A stretch of DNA of 64,000 bases from Antedon mediterranea. Its lineage: Eukaryota > Animalia > Echinodermata. The DNA lies in contig NC_092670.1 in assembly GCF_964355755.1 (NCBI RefSeq), positions 7,058,201 to 7,122,200 of the forward strand, in the 5' to 3' direction. Within the stretch, counting starts at the first letter, position 1, and each line of letters begins with the position of its first letter. Made by a program: the position numbers and the translations under genes. Of the stretch, positions 29,301-42,100 are shown one piece after another. The notes beneath the pieces were generated by a model. The model was not told where the DNA came from. It saw only the letters and a list, made by a program, of their open reading frames with translations, and made no database searches.

Positions 29301-32300
29301 GTGATACCGGACCGACAGACAGACAGACAGACCGACAGACAGACCGACAGACCGACCGACCGACCGACATAGTGAACTATAGAGTCGCTTCCACGCGACT
29401 AAAAATAACATCAATTCTAGGTGGGCGTGGTTTGTCCAGCGACGATGCCCAATTATGCAGAAGGTTAGTTAGCTGCTTAACACATGAGCGGGATGGGAAA
29501 AACCCATGTTGGACGTCTGTGATAAGGCAATTTGAAGTAACATGTTCAAATATAGCAGACTGAATATATTTCTCAAGTATTTTACAACATATTGGTGTAA
29601 GTAATACTGGTCGATAATTTGAGATAGTTGCTTTGTTTCCAGTTTTGAAAACTGGAGTTACATTGGAAATACACCAGGAAGATGGTATTTTACCTTTCTT
29701 CAAAGTTAATTTAAATATATTATGAAGTGGCGGAGCTAACATATATGATGCCGTTTTAAGAATATACGGGTGTATGGCATCAGGACCAGGGGATTTATTA
29801 ATATCAAGCTTATTTAAACTGGATTGAATATCATTGATATCGAAATCTACCGATGAAAGTTCAGGTGTAGGGAAGGAACAAATAGGAGGGTCTGTCGGAC
29901 AGGGTTTAGATACATTAAAATAAATGCAAAGTGGTTATTAAAGCTATCTGCTATGACGGATGGATTAGAACTAACGAATCCGTTAATTTCAAACGAGGTT
30001 GGGGCCGGTGAACGCTTGCGTTGACGGACAAAACTCCAAAAGGCTTTCCGTGTTTTATCCCCCGTGAACAATCGGTTCACATAATCATAATAAGATTTAT
30101 GGCATAATTGTTTGACATCATTATGGACTCGCTTAAACTCCTCCCATGCAAGTATAGTACCTTGGCGTTTAGCCTTCTTAAACAATGTACGTTTCTTAGC
30201 TATAACTTTCTTTATATCATCAGTAACCCAGGGGTGACGTTTCTTCATCTTCTTAGTACGACGTGGAACACAATCACGTATCACAACATCATATATATCA
30301 AGAAACCCTTCCCATGAATCATCTACATTATTGTCAATGAAGATTCCCCATGGGGTTAGGTAAAAAAGTTGAAGAAGATGACCAACGTCAGTCTTACGAT
30401 AAGCTAAGAAACTATTAATTAATATTGTTTAGAATAAAATTTAGTTTTACAAATGTTAAAGGAAATAGCATGATGATCACTCTCAACTGGATTATCAATA
30501 ATACAGAGCGATGATATTTGATCGGGCCTATTTGTAAAAACCAAATCAATTGTGGTTCCAATTACATGGTTATTTGGGTTAGGCCTAGTGATACCATTAA
30601 CTAATTGGATACAATCAAGTGAATCCATAGCATCATTGAATGATGGAGGGCTACAGTTTGGTTGATCCCAGTTTAAATTGAGATCACCAACAATAAATAA
30701 GCTATCAAACATTGGTAGCTCAGGTAGAAGTGAAACAAGAAAATCATTGCTAAAACTGTTCCAAAACGCTATAGGCAGGTTTGGTGGACAATAACACATA
30801 ACAGAAGTGGAAACATTATCTTTCTCACGATGAAAAAAGATATATTACATAATTCTTTTTTTTTTGTTAATGTAAACTTGGTCAGGGGGACCCATTTTAT
30901 CCAATTTTTATGACACTGTATTCTAACCATTAATTTTATGATAATACTAAAAACTTGCCATGTTTTAACCTTTTATGAATGTTTTTAAACATTTAAAATA
31001 TTAAAATATTTGTTTGAGTTTAACCATTTTATCAGATTTGTTATTGTTATATTATGTTTATTACATGTAAGTGACAAGTAAGAAAATTTTGCACAAAGTG
31101 CTTGACGAAATAAATACATTGAATTGAATCGAATATATTCTTATTTTATATCTAAATCATTATTATAATTATGATCATTATAATGTCTTCATTTTTATTT
31201 TTTTTCCGATAAAAACTTAGAAAACGAGGCTCCAATTTTTTATACTTGTCCATCAAATATTACTATGGCTACTGATTATAATCAAGCATCAGCAATAGTC
31301 AACTGGAGTGACCCAAGTGTTTCGGACAACAGTGGAGAGCTCTTGATGAGTGTTCAGTCTCATATGTCTGGTGACATGTTTAGAATAGGGCAAACATTAG
31401 TTGTATATAATGCAACTGATCCTTACAACAACATAGCAGTTTGTTCTTTCATTATTTATATTTATGGTAAGTGCTGATTTTGTTTTATGATACATATGTT
31501 GATGTCCTGTAAGATACGATAACAACCACAGAAGAATTCAGCCCTCTTTATTTAGTATACGTATAGTTTGAAAATGACTTGGCGTGACCGAGTTATTTTC
31601 CATAATGTTACCTGTGTTGAAAATCATGATAGTGTGTTAAACATAGAAACACTTTTATTTGTAATGATAGTATCTAAATTTTGGTTTCAAGTTAATTTTG
31701 TTCACTCGAAATGTTTTACATTGCATTTAGTATTTCTTCAATTTACTATTGTTAATTTTCAATAGATGATGATGATCCAAACTTGCAGTGCCCATCTGAT
31801 ATTACAACTAATACAACATATGGCCAACATGACACATACAATGTCACCTGGAGTGATCCGATTGTAAATGACAATTCTGGTGAAGTTATAAAACCAACGT
31901 CCAAGTACATATCTGGAAACAATGCTTTTAACATTGGAAGTACTGTTGTTATATATGATGCAGTTGATAGCTCAGGCAATGCAGCAATGTGCAAATTTAC
32001 AATTACTGTTACTGGTATGTATTCCTCCATTGTTTGTTGTATTTCAATTGAATATAATTTAAAATCAAAGCATTGTATGTACCTTTGCAAAGATGAAACA
32101 AAACATGGGGCGGAAATAAGTTATTCATCAGGAACCAATGTAATTTCCCGGTATTTTTAAAACATACGCCACAGTTTTTAAACCTTAGTTTATTGTAGTT
32201 CTTATAGTAATCCAGTTGTAGGTTAGTATTTAAATATACTTTGATATTTACATTAATTTATTTACATATAAATATTACAGTGCTCTATTTTATTTTAGAT

Positions 32301-35300
32301 AAGGAAAATCCAGTTATCAATAACTGTCCAATTGATACGACAGTAAACACTACTACGGGACTACCGACTGCTAATATCTCTTGGATAGAACCAGAAGCAA
32401 TTGACAATTCTGGATATTGGGGTCTCACAGCAGACATAGGACCAGGAAGTGATTTCCCAATTGGCAATATTGTGGTAACATACACTGCTGAGGATCCATA
32501 CGAAAACACTGCTACGTGTTCATTTACTGTCACTGTAGAAGGTATGTTAATACTTATTCTGGCCAAAGTGATTATGAAGTAATCAGTAGCTTTGCTATTA
32601 TATATAATTGTAGATTCTCAAAAGGAAAAGAAACAATCAGGTAAATCTAATCTGGTACATATACTGTACAATGTTTATTTATTTGTTTATAGGCCTATGT
32701 ATTGCGTTTTTAAACCATATTCATGTTCGCCAATATTGTGTTCATGATGATAAAGATTTGTTATATTATTATAATTATAGATAACGAAGCACCGGTGTTT
32801 ACATTCTGTCCTGATAGTCAGTCAGTAAATACTACTAACGGAGAATATATCGGTGTTGCTGCATGGGATACACCAACAGCTAGCGACAATTCGGAAACTT
32901 TACCAATTATCGTTGGCTCACACAACACCACTTTTAAATTCCCAGCTGGGAATACACTGGTTAAATACGCTGCAAATGATCCATACGATAATGTTATGAC
33001 GTGTACTTTTACCATTACAGTTGAAGGTATTCTTTTGAGTAATTTCTCTCGTTGATTCATTTCATCTTCAAGTTATTATCCTCTATTCCATTGTAATTCT
33101 GATTTTTTCCACGTTACTTTCTTATAATTTTTTTTTACTCAGTACACTGTGTACAACACGATATTAAATACACGTGGTTCTGAACTTCTTTTTTTTTCTG
33201 TCATGAGCCATGTGATTAAACATTGAAGCTATTTCATTTTACAATTATGATTATATGTTGTCATCTTTTGTACTGTATACGTTATAAGCCTATGCCCATG
33301 TGGCCGTTTTTTCACATGTATATATTTGTTGTAACCGGGATCTACATTATAAGCTCCCTCTCCGTTTCTTTTTTCTCCATGTTCTTTATATATAAACTAT
33401 ATATATTTTTAAGAATGGAAATAAAAAAAGAATGCATTATTGTAGTGTTTTATTTAATTATAATAATATCTAAAAAAACTTGAAATCACAGATAATGAAG
33501 CACCAATTATTACGTCTTGCCCTGAAAATATTGAGACAACTACTGATACTATAACAGATTCTACCACTGTGACTTGGACACCTATTACTACAGCTACCGA
33601 CAACTCGGGTGTAGCACCAAACATCACTACTTGTATTGAGCAAGGAGCAACATTGGCCATTGGGAATCATACCGTTGATGTAACTGCAACCGACAGTTCT
33701 GGAAACATCAACGCTACATGTTCTTTTAACATTGAAGTTTTAGGTAAAATGAATTCCTACATAATATACTCATCCTGGTATTAAAACTGCATGTAAATTT
33801 ATTTTAACTTATTAACCATTTAAATTAATTAATTTGGCCTTCAATATCTAATTATTATCTAACTCAACCTAATTAGAGTATACTGGATTTTATTTTGGTA
33901 AAAATCAGTATCGAAATGAAGTAGGCCTATTATACCAGTTTACTGTATTTGCCATTACGTAAATTTATATATTTTTGCAGCTAAAACTATCCAAATAATC
34001 ATCTTAATTTAATTCTTGTAGATGATGTACCTCCTGTACTTACATGTCCAAATGATACACTTGTTATGCTTGGAAATACAAGTTCTACCGTTGTTGTCAA
34101 CTGGACACCAGCTAGTGTTTTTGATAATTCTGGGCTGGCTATAGTGCTTTATTCTTCACCAAAGATGAGTGGTGACAAGTTTAATATTGGCACCTTTGTT
34201 ATTACTTATACTGCCATTGATGCATTTGACAATATAGCTACGTGTACTTTTACAATAACTGTTAGAGGTAAATGAAAAATCAACTTAATTTTTGTATTTT
34301 TATATTTTGCTGTAGGCGATGCAAGTTTCACAACTGGCTGCATAGACAAGTTTTATAATTCAAAGGTTCATGATCAAGTAGCTTGTCATATGATGCCAAA
34401 TTGTAGAATGGTTATAAGGTCTGACCCATATACAATATTTTAAACTGTATTGATTTTTTTTATAGATTTGGAATTACCATATTTTGAAAAATGTCCGGAA
34501 TCGTTTACCGTAGGAACAGATCCTGGATTAGCAACAGCTAATGTGTCATGGGTTGAACCAGTTGCTATTGACAATAATGGTATAAACAGAACAGTGCAGA
34601 ATTATTATCCCAATCAGATGTACAATATTTCAACATACACTGTGATGTATATTGCTTATGATAACTCAAATAACAATGCAACCTGTGAATTTGTCATTTC
34701 AGTGGAAGGTAGGTATAACGCAAGCATTTGAATACGCAATCATTTGAATACCTAAATATATTTTGAGATTGGTGAATTGATTCCTTATTTTTAAACATCT
34801 TTTTGTAATTTGCACTTTATAAATTCAAAAACCATTACCCATTCACACGTACAATACAATATTCAGATGCTAGTTTTGTCATGGTCGGTATTATGTAAAA
34901 TAAACGCCTAGATTGTTTCTGTCGTCTTGAAAATACTCGAAGTTGAAACACTGTCTAGAACCTGGACTATATATAAACGCCATTTAAAAAAACTCATGAC
35001 TCATTGGTGTCGAAGATACATTTGTTTTAAGAGTTGACACAGAAACATGTTTACACGTTTGTATCAAGGTTATGTGTAAATCGAGTATTAATTATAGCCT
35101 ACTTAGTTAATTAAATACCCCCACAAATTAAACACTGCTCTTCTGTTGCCTTATTTAAAAAATTGCTCAAAACTCATTTTTTCGACCACTAACATGCCCA
35201 GCGCCTTTGATTTTGTACCTCGGTCTTTGAATTGACGCTTTATAAATATTGATATAATAATAATAATAATAATAATAATATAATGGCAGGTTTACATCTT

Positions 35301-38300
35301 TCATACCTGGCTAACTTCTCTACCAGTACAACCACAGTGTGTTTTAACCTAAAGTATAAAACATGTTGGAGACTTATATAATATCAAAATGAAACATTGT
35401 TTTTTGTTCTTTCCAGATAAAGAACTTCCAAATATTATATGTCCTGATAATATAACAAAAGAAACAGATCCTGGAATAGCCTTGACATTAGTAACTTGGA
35501 ATGTACCTGTACCAACTGATAATGTAGCAATTTTGCCAACCAGTGTAGTGGCTATTCCTCTCGTTTCTCCTCCTGTACATATTTCTATTACTGGTAATGT
35601 GGCATATGAGCAAGCTTACACAGCAGAAGATACTTCAGGGAACATTGCTTCCTGTACATTCTATATCACGGTTGAAGGTATTGTAACGAAAATCCATTCT
35701 CGGGTTCGTTCCCTTTTGGGGGGAAGGGTCTGCGGTACCACGGCACACTCGAATGAAACAAACAAATCAATTACAATTTTTGGAGTGACCTTTATTCTTC
35801 TCTGATTCCAAATTATTGGTAACAACCGATTATAATAATTAATTAGATTAGTTCTGCTATGACGCCGGACTTGAAACAACAGCGTAACCACCAGTAATGA
35901 CGTAACCTCCAATAGTAGCGTAACCACCAACAACGGCGTAACCTCCAACATGCACGTAACCACCGATAAATGACGTAACCTCCAATAGTAGCGTAACCAC
36001 CAACAGCACGTAACCACCAACAATGGCGTAACCTCCAACCAGCAACGTAACCACCAACAATGTGTAACCTCCACAGCACGTAACCACCAACAATGGTGTA
36101 ACCTCCACAGCAACGTAACCACCAACAATGGCGTAACCTCCACAGCAACGTAACCATCAACAATGGCGTAACCTCCACAGCACGTAACCACCAACAATGT
36201 TGTAACCTCCACAGCAACGTAAGTTTCACCAACAATGGTGTAACCACCACAGCAACGTAACCACCAACAATGTGTAACCTCCACAGCACGTAACCACCAA
36301 CAATGGTGTAACCTCCACAGCAACGTAACCACCAACAATGGCGTAACCTCCACAGCAACGTAACCACCAACAGTGGTGTAACCTCCAACAGCATGTACAC
36401 CAACACAATGGTGTAACCTGTAACAGCAACGTAGCCACCAACAATGGTGTAACCTCCACAGCACGTAACCACGTACCGGCTAACAGGGTAACCACCAGTA
36501 GTCTTAACCACTGGCTAATAGGTGTACCCACCAGAAAAACAGTATCACAACCACGGGGTGTACCACGGGCTAACTGTATCTCAAGCCGTATCACAACCAG
36601 TAGGTGCAACCTCCGGCTCAGCTATCTCAAATAGTGATACAACCAGTACAGTAGGCGCAACCTCCGGCTCACTATGTCTCAAAAGCCCCTTTCTCACAGA
36701 TGTGCCTGCAATATACCGGTACAGTGCTGGCGTCGTGCCGGTATCGTTACCGGCATATACCCATTCTCATCGGACTATCGTGCCGGAAATATAACCGGTA
36801 TATACCGGCTTTCTGTGAGAAAGGAGTCGGGCATATTCGGCCAATAAAAAGTCCCTGACAAAATAATTATTGAGAGCGTCCTTTATTGTTATTATTTTTG
36901 TCTATCGATGATATGGCGGCGAATGTTAAGTTACAGATTATTATCTTCCTTTATAGCATATTTATGCAATACATGCTATGTACAGTATATTTTGAATATA
37001 TTATACAGGTATAGCAATTAATTTGCCGTCATCGGCAATCTGTAAAACACCTTAGAAGGCTGTAGGCCTACAATTTACAAGGCGACGAAAGGTCAGGCAC
37101 CAACAAACAAAGAGCTAATGGCCTAACCTAGCGGCCTATAGATTATGCTACAAATTTCTTCTTGTCCCCTTATTTTAAGCAGCTCTCTTATCTCATTATC
37201 CCTCCAGTTCGACATTATTATTGTTAATTGAATTGAATAGGCGCCAAAGTGATACACTTGACCGCGCAAGGTGTCAAAGCCTCAACGGGGAACCCCGGAA
37301 TATAACGGCGATACGTTCTCACAGAATGCCCGTCTGGCATTGCGGGGAATATCCCTAGAATATTACTAGGTCTAAAGCAGGTCATGTCGATGCCGGAATG
37401 GTGCCGGCATGATGTCAAGACGACCCGTTCTCACAGAAAACCACACCGGCATGGTAATGGTATATTCCCGCAATATTCCTGGCACACAACTCTGTGAGAA
37501 AGGGGCTACATAGTGATACAACCAGTACAGTAGGCGCAACCTCCTGCTCACTATGTCTCCAACAGCAGCACAAGCGGTAGGCTGTACCCTCCGGCTAACT
37601 TACTTGCTGTGTCTTAAATCTCCTTTTATTATTCAGCTCTAATTTTCTCTTTCTTTTCTCCAATCCTCTCCACACCATGTTTTCCAATTGCTCTAATGTC
37701 CCTACTTATTTTACACGTCTTCTCCCTGCTTCTCCGCTTTTTCCAGCTCCAATCTATCCCTCCTTTTCAACGCAGCTCGAGGTAACCCTCCATTGCCTTC
37801 CTTCTCCAATCCCTCTCTGCCCTTTTTCTCACGTCCGTTCTCTACTTCTCCTCCTGCCTACTCTGCCTCCATCTGCCGCCCTCTATCTTTTTCTTCTACC
37901 CCAAAATCATTACAGTATTGTACATTCTTCAGTTTCTGAATCTCATGGTTTACACTACTGTTTTAGAAAAACATGAGTATGTTGAAATCGACATCAAGTA
38001 TTAATATGTTGAAATTTACAAGGGACGACGTTGAATTGTTGCATTAAAATATACATTGGGTAATGGTAATATCTGTCAATCATGTGACAGGTTTGGGTTC
38101 AAAACCGTTACCATTTGCTTGTATCTCCAGTCAATGTTCTTTATACTCATTGCCTCGTATCTCGTGCTTGATCCGTGTGTGTAAATTCTTCGTGGTACCA
38201 TAAACGGTATGGTACATGATTAAAAAACCTATGGGATTATCTTCCATTTTGCTGATCGTGGTCCTATACACTAAGCCTACTGCGAGAGCAGTCTTTTACC

Positions 38301-39156
38301 GAAGAGGTCACCTCTGAATACACGATAGACAAGTCAGTAAAAGTGAGATTTCTGTGGATACAATTTTAAGATAATCCGATTGCTGGTACAAAAGAAAAAA
38401 GAAATTCTAATAAATAATTTTCAACATTGTGTATAAATATTTTTTTAACAGATAAAGAACCACCTGTGATTACTGACTGTCCTCCGGATATGAATTTGAC
38501 AACATTTTCAGGTATAAACTATACTACTGCTACTTGGACAGAACCAACGGCAGAAGATAATTCAGGAACTCCAAAACTTGTAACAACACACAGTAGTGGA
38601 AGCAAGTTTTACACAGTTGATACGATTGTAACATACACAGCCGAAGATGGTTTTATGAATACTGCTACGTGTAATTTTACAATAAATGTACAAGGTTAGT
38701 GTTAAATTTTAATTAGTTACTACTTCTACTTTTTTTATATTTTATATAATTCTTTAAAAAAATATTTCTAAAAACAAAAAACAAACAGGCATCACATAAT
38801 AATGGTAATATGATATCAAATGATGTAAAGAAATAATCTGGTATGTCATCGTAAAATTAAAATGAAGAGTTCACAAAAAATGAACACAATTTAAGAGCAT
38901 GTTATTCTTCTACAAGTGAAAATTAATAATTAATTGATGATTAATATGCTTACGATATTACTTTACTTTATTGCCAACAAAAACATAAACAATCTTCATT
39001 AACAAAAAGAGATAAGATTATTAACTTCATATCCCAAAAATGGTGGTTTGATCATTTAAACAAAAGTTATAAATCCTCATATTCTAACGATATCTCATAT
39101 TGTTATTTATTAAGCAACACAATAAATGTTTCATAGTATCACTTTTACAATAGGAG

Positions 39157-39197
<41 letters not shown>

Positions 39198-42100
39198 ATT
39201 TGTTTAGATATTGAACCGCCAGAGGCGTTGACCTGCCCAGATAATTATACCTATAGTACAGACCCTGGAGTTCCTTACAAAAAAGACATTAATTGGACAG
39301 TACCTGTATTCCAGGATAATTTACCTGGGCTCTTAGATTACAGCAGTAATATAAATCCGTCATCAAATACATTTCAACTCGGAACTACAATGGTGACGTA
39401 TGAATCTACAGACTCATCAATGAACACTGGGTATTGTATTTTCTACACAACAGTCATTGGTAAGAAATTACATTGCTATATTTTTAAAATCCCTCCTCAC
39501 TCAATTATGTCCGCTATATTGGAGCCAAGATGGCGGATAATGGCCAAATGTCATACAAAAATTCCCAGTACAATTGCGGTCATTTTGATACCCATGTGCG
39601 TGCAGTGTATAATGTGTATAATGACCAAATGTAGAAAATCTCGCTTCTTTTATAATAATAGATGATGAAAACCCACAAATATCCTGTCCTGACAATTTGA
39701 ATATCCATGCTGGTGACGGGTCATCTGTAGCGGTGGTCAAATGGTCACTGAATATCACCGATAACACCGATGACTTACGAGTGTCTGGGACCGGTACACA
39801 GTACAATCAATCTGGACATGAGTTTCCAATTGGCATTACAACATTAGAGTATGTGGTAACAGATGGATTTGGAAACATGGATAACTGCACTTTTACAGTA
39901 ATTGTTATAGGTACGACTTTTTATTCATTTGTTACGGTATACCATGAGAGTGTTATGCATCAAACCGCCACTTTCTTAACATAGCAAGCATTAAACACTG
40001 TTATGTTGTAATATCTAATATTTGAATTTATACTTTCTATAGATGAGCAAGATCCAGTATTTAAAACATGTCCAGATAGTATTATTACAGAAACTGATCC
40101 AAGGGCATCGACTACACGTGTAAATTGGGACACTCCTGACATTGAAGATAACTCAGGTCAAGTGTCACTAGTTGCGTCAACGAGTCCTGATAGTTCGTTT
40201 AATATTGGAACCACTTCTGTTGTATACATTGCTAGTGATAACAGCAATAACATTGCAATATGTTCATTTAATGTCACTGTTGAAGGTAATTCAGATAAAA
40301 GAATGTTTACAATAATAATGTATTCGAAATGTTACAATATTACACAAAACCTAATTTATATGTATGTGCTGGACAAAAATAATTATTAACACAATTGTTG
40401 TTCTAATAGATACCGAAGCGCCTGTTTTAGAGTGTCCTCGTGACATCATTGATGTAGCAACCACCACATTGGGAATCAGCATTACTTGGCCAGATCCCAG
40501 ATATACTGATAATTCAGAAAAACCTGTAAATATAAGTTCAACACGAACATCAGGAGATGTATTTACTTTTGGGACACATACTGTAACGTACACTGGAATT
40601 GACCAATCAGAAAACAGCGGTACATGTCAATTTGAAATCAAAATAGGAGGCAAGTATTATGAATGTTCAAAAGATTTTAATCTTTTGAACAGAAATTGAT
40701 TGACACAGAAAGAGGAAAGAAGTATTGTCTGAAAATTGTTTTCATTGAATCTTTACTAGTCAAGCCTGCTACATCAATGAAAACACATTTTTAGACAATA
40801 CAGTCAACATAGTTATATAGTATCTAAGTGTGACGTAGTTAATGTACTGTACAATAAACCTCAAATAACCCAATTCAAGGTTAGTTTAATTTGTAATTCT
40901 CTGAATTTAAATTAGAATCAGATACAAAACTGGCACATTTGTATTATATTTAAGTTTGTTTCCTATTAAACAAATCAAAAGCGTCTTGTATAGGTTATAA
41001 TTGATGTTGCAATATTTATTTTCACAGATTCGTGTACTTCTTCACCTTGTCAAAATGGAGGAACCTGTGCACAGTTAGAGACAGACTTTGAATGCAACTG
41101 TCCTGTATTATATGAAGGCAACTTATGTCAAATACCACCAGGTATCTATAATAACCAAGTTGGTAATCTCGTAGTACGAGACCGAATTGTATCCTATTTG
41201 TTATTTTGCATTGTATCTAAAACTCCCTGTTTCACATTGTTATTTAGGAACGATGGGCCATTTCATTATTTTGAATGTTTTTTTATTATTTGCTAGCAGT
41301 AAAAACAAGCAATTATAGAATAATACATTTGTAACGATGATTCATGATGCAATTTTGCTTCACTGATATTTAGTGAGGTTAATAATAAACAATATGAATT
41401 TGAAACCAATATACCAGACAAATTTCAAATACAACTAGTATACATATATTACATAATATTTAGGTGAGCCAACAGCAGAAATTCAACCTTTATCGAAGAG
41501 TGTTAATTTGCAAAGTACAGTCACTTTTGAATGTATTATAACTTACTCAATTGATTGGCGTTGGTATAAAGACGACGTTGAACTCTCATCTGAAACACAA
41601 AGTCTAAAGTTCCTCACACTAAATGAAGTTGGTCTGGAAAATCAAGGCTATTATTATTGCAAAGCGTTTGGAGTATCACCACATGATGGCGTAACAGATA
41701 ATTCAATAAAAGCAGTTCTTGTTGTTAAAGGTACACGTATTACAGTACTTACTTCAAAGCTACTAGAAAATAGACACAAATTGTAATTTAAGAAGGGATC
41801 ATTATAAAGATACTGTCTGTTCAGAGGTGCATTATGAAATAATTTGATATCCTCATAAGGAATATTTTTTTCTCAGTTTATATTTTCAAAAAAATAGTCC
41901 AGAGAAAAAAAATAGATATAGATATAAACTTGTAACTCTAGAAAAGGGAATAACACTCAGACATACGTGTTAATGCCATGTAATAACACTCAGACATACG
42001 TGTTAATGCCATGTAATAACACTCAGACATACGTGTTAATGCCATGTAATTGAAAATTAAACGAGGCTTACCTGTAAGGTGAAGTTTGATGTAAATTCTA

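Larger units (their letters stand above)
35682..37914 (-). mobile_element. Solo-LTR-like element copy 1 with internal ~35-bp minisatellite and nested MITE
   Basis: GTAT|TGTAAC...TTACA|GTAT: TG..CA ends and 4-bp TSD; inverted homologue at 49288-54021. Confidence 0.75.

Noticed and set aside
35661-36794. Long low-complexity ORFs ([13 protein letters not shown] / [10 protein letters not shown]), also at 53356-54033
   Set aside because: Translations of the LTR-internal minisatellite, open in several frames; no coding signature.
6478-40593. Minus-strand ORFs overlapping HYR exons (e.g. 6478, 7520, 16464, 31752, 32285, 40351)
   Set aside because: Antisense shadows of the real exons with no independent motifs.
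5221-40649. HYR ORFs as dozens of separate small genes
   Set aside because: Each is bounded by splice sites in the same phase and lacks its own start or signal peptide; the ORF-track extensions are intron read-through.
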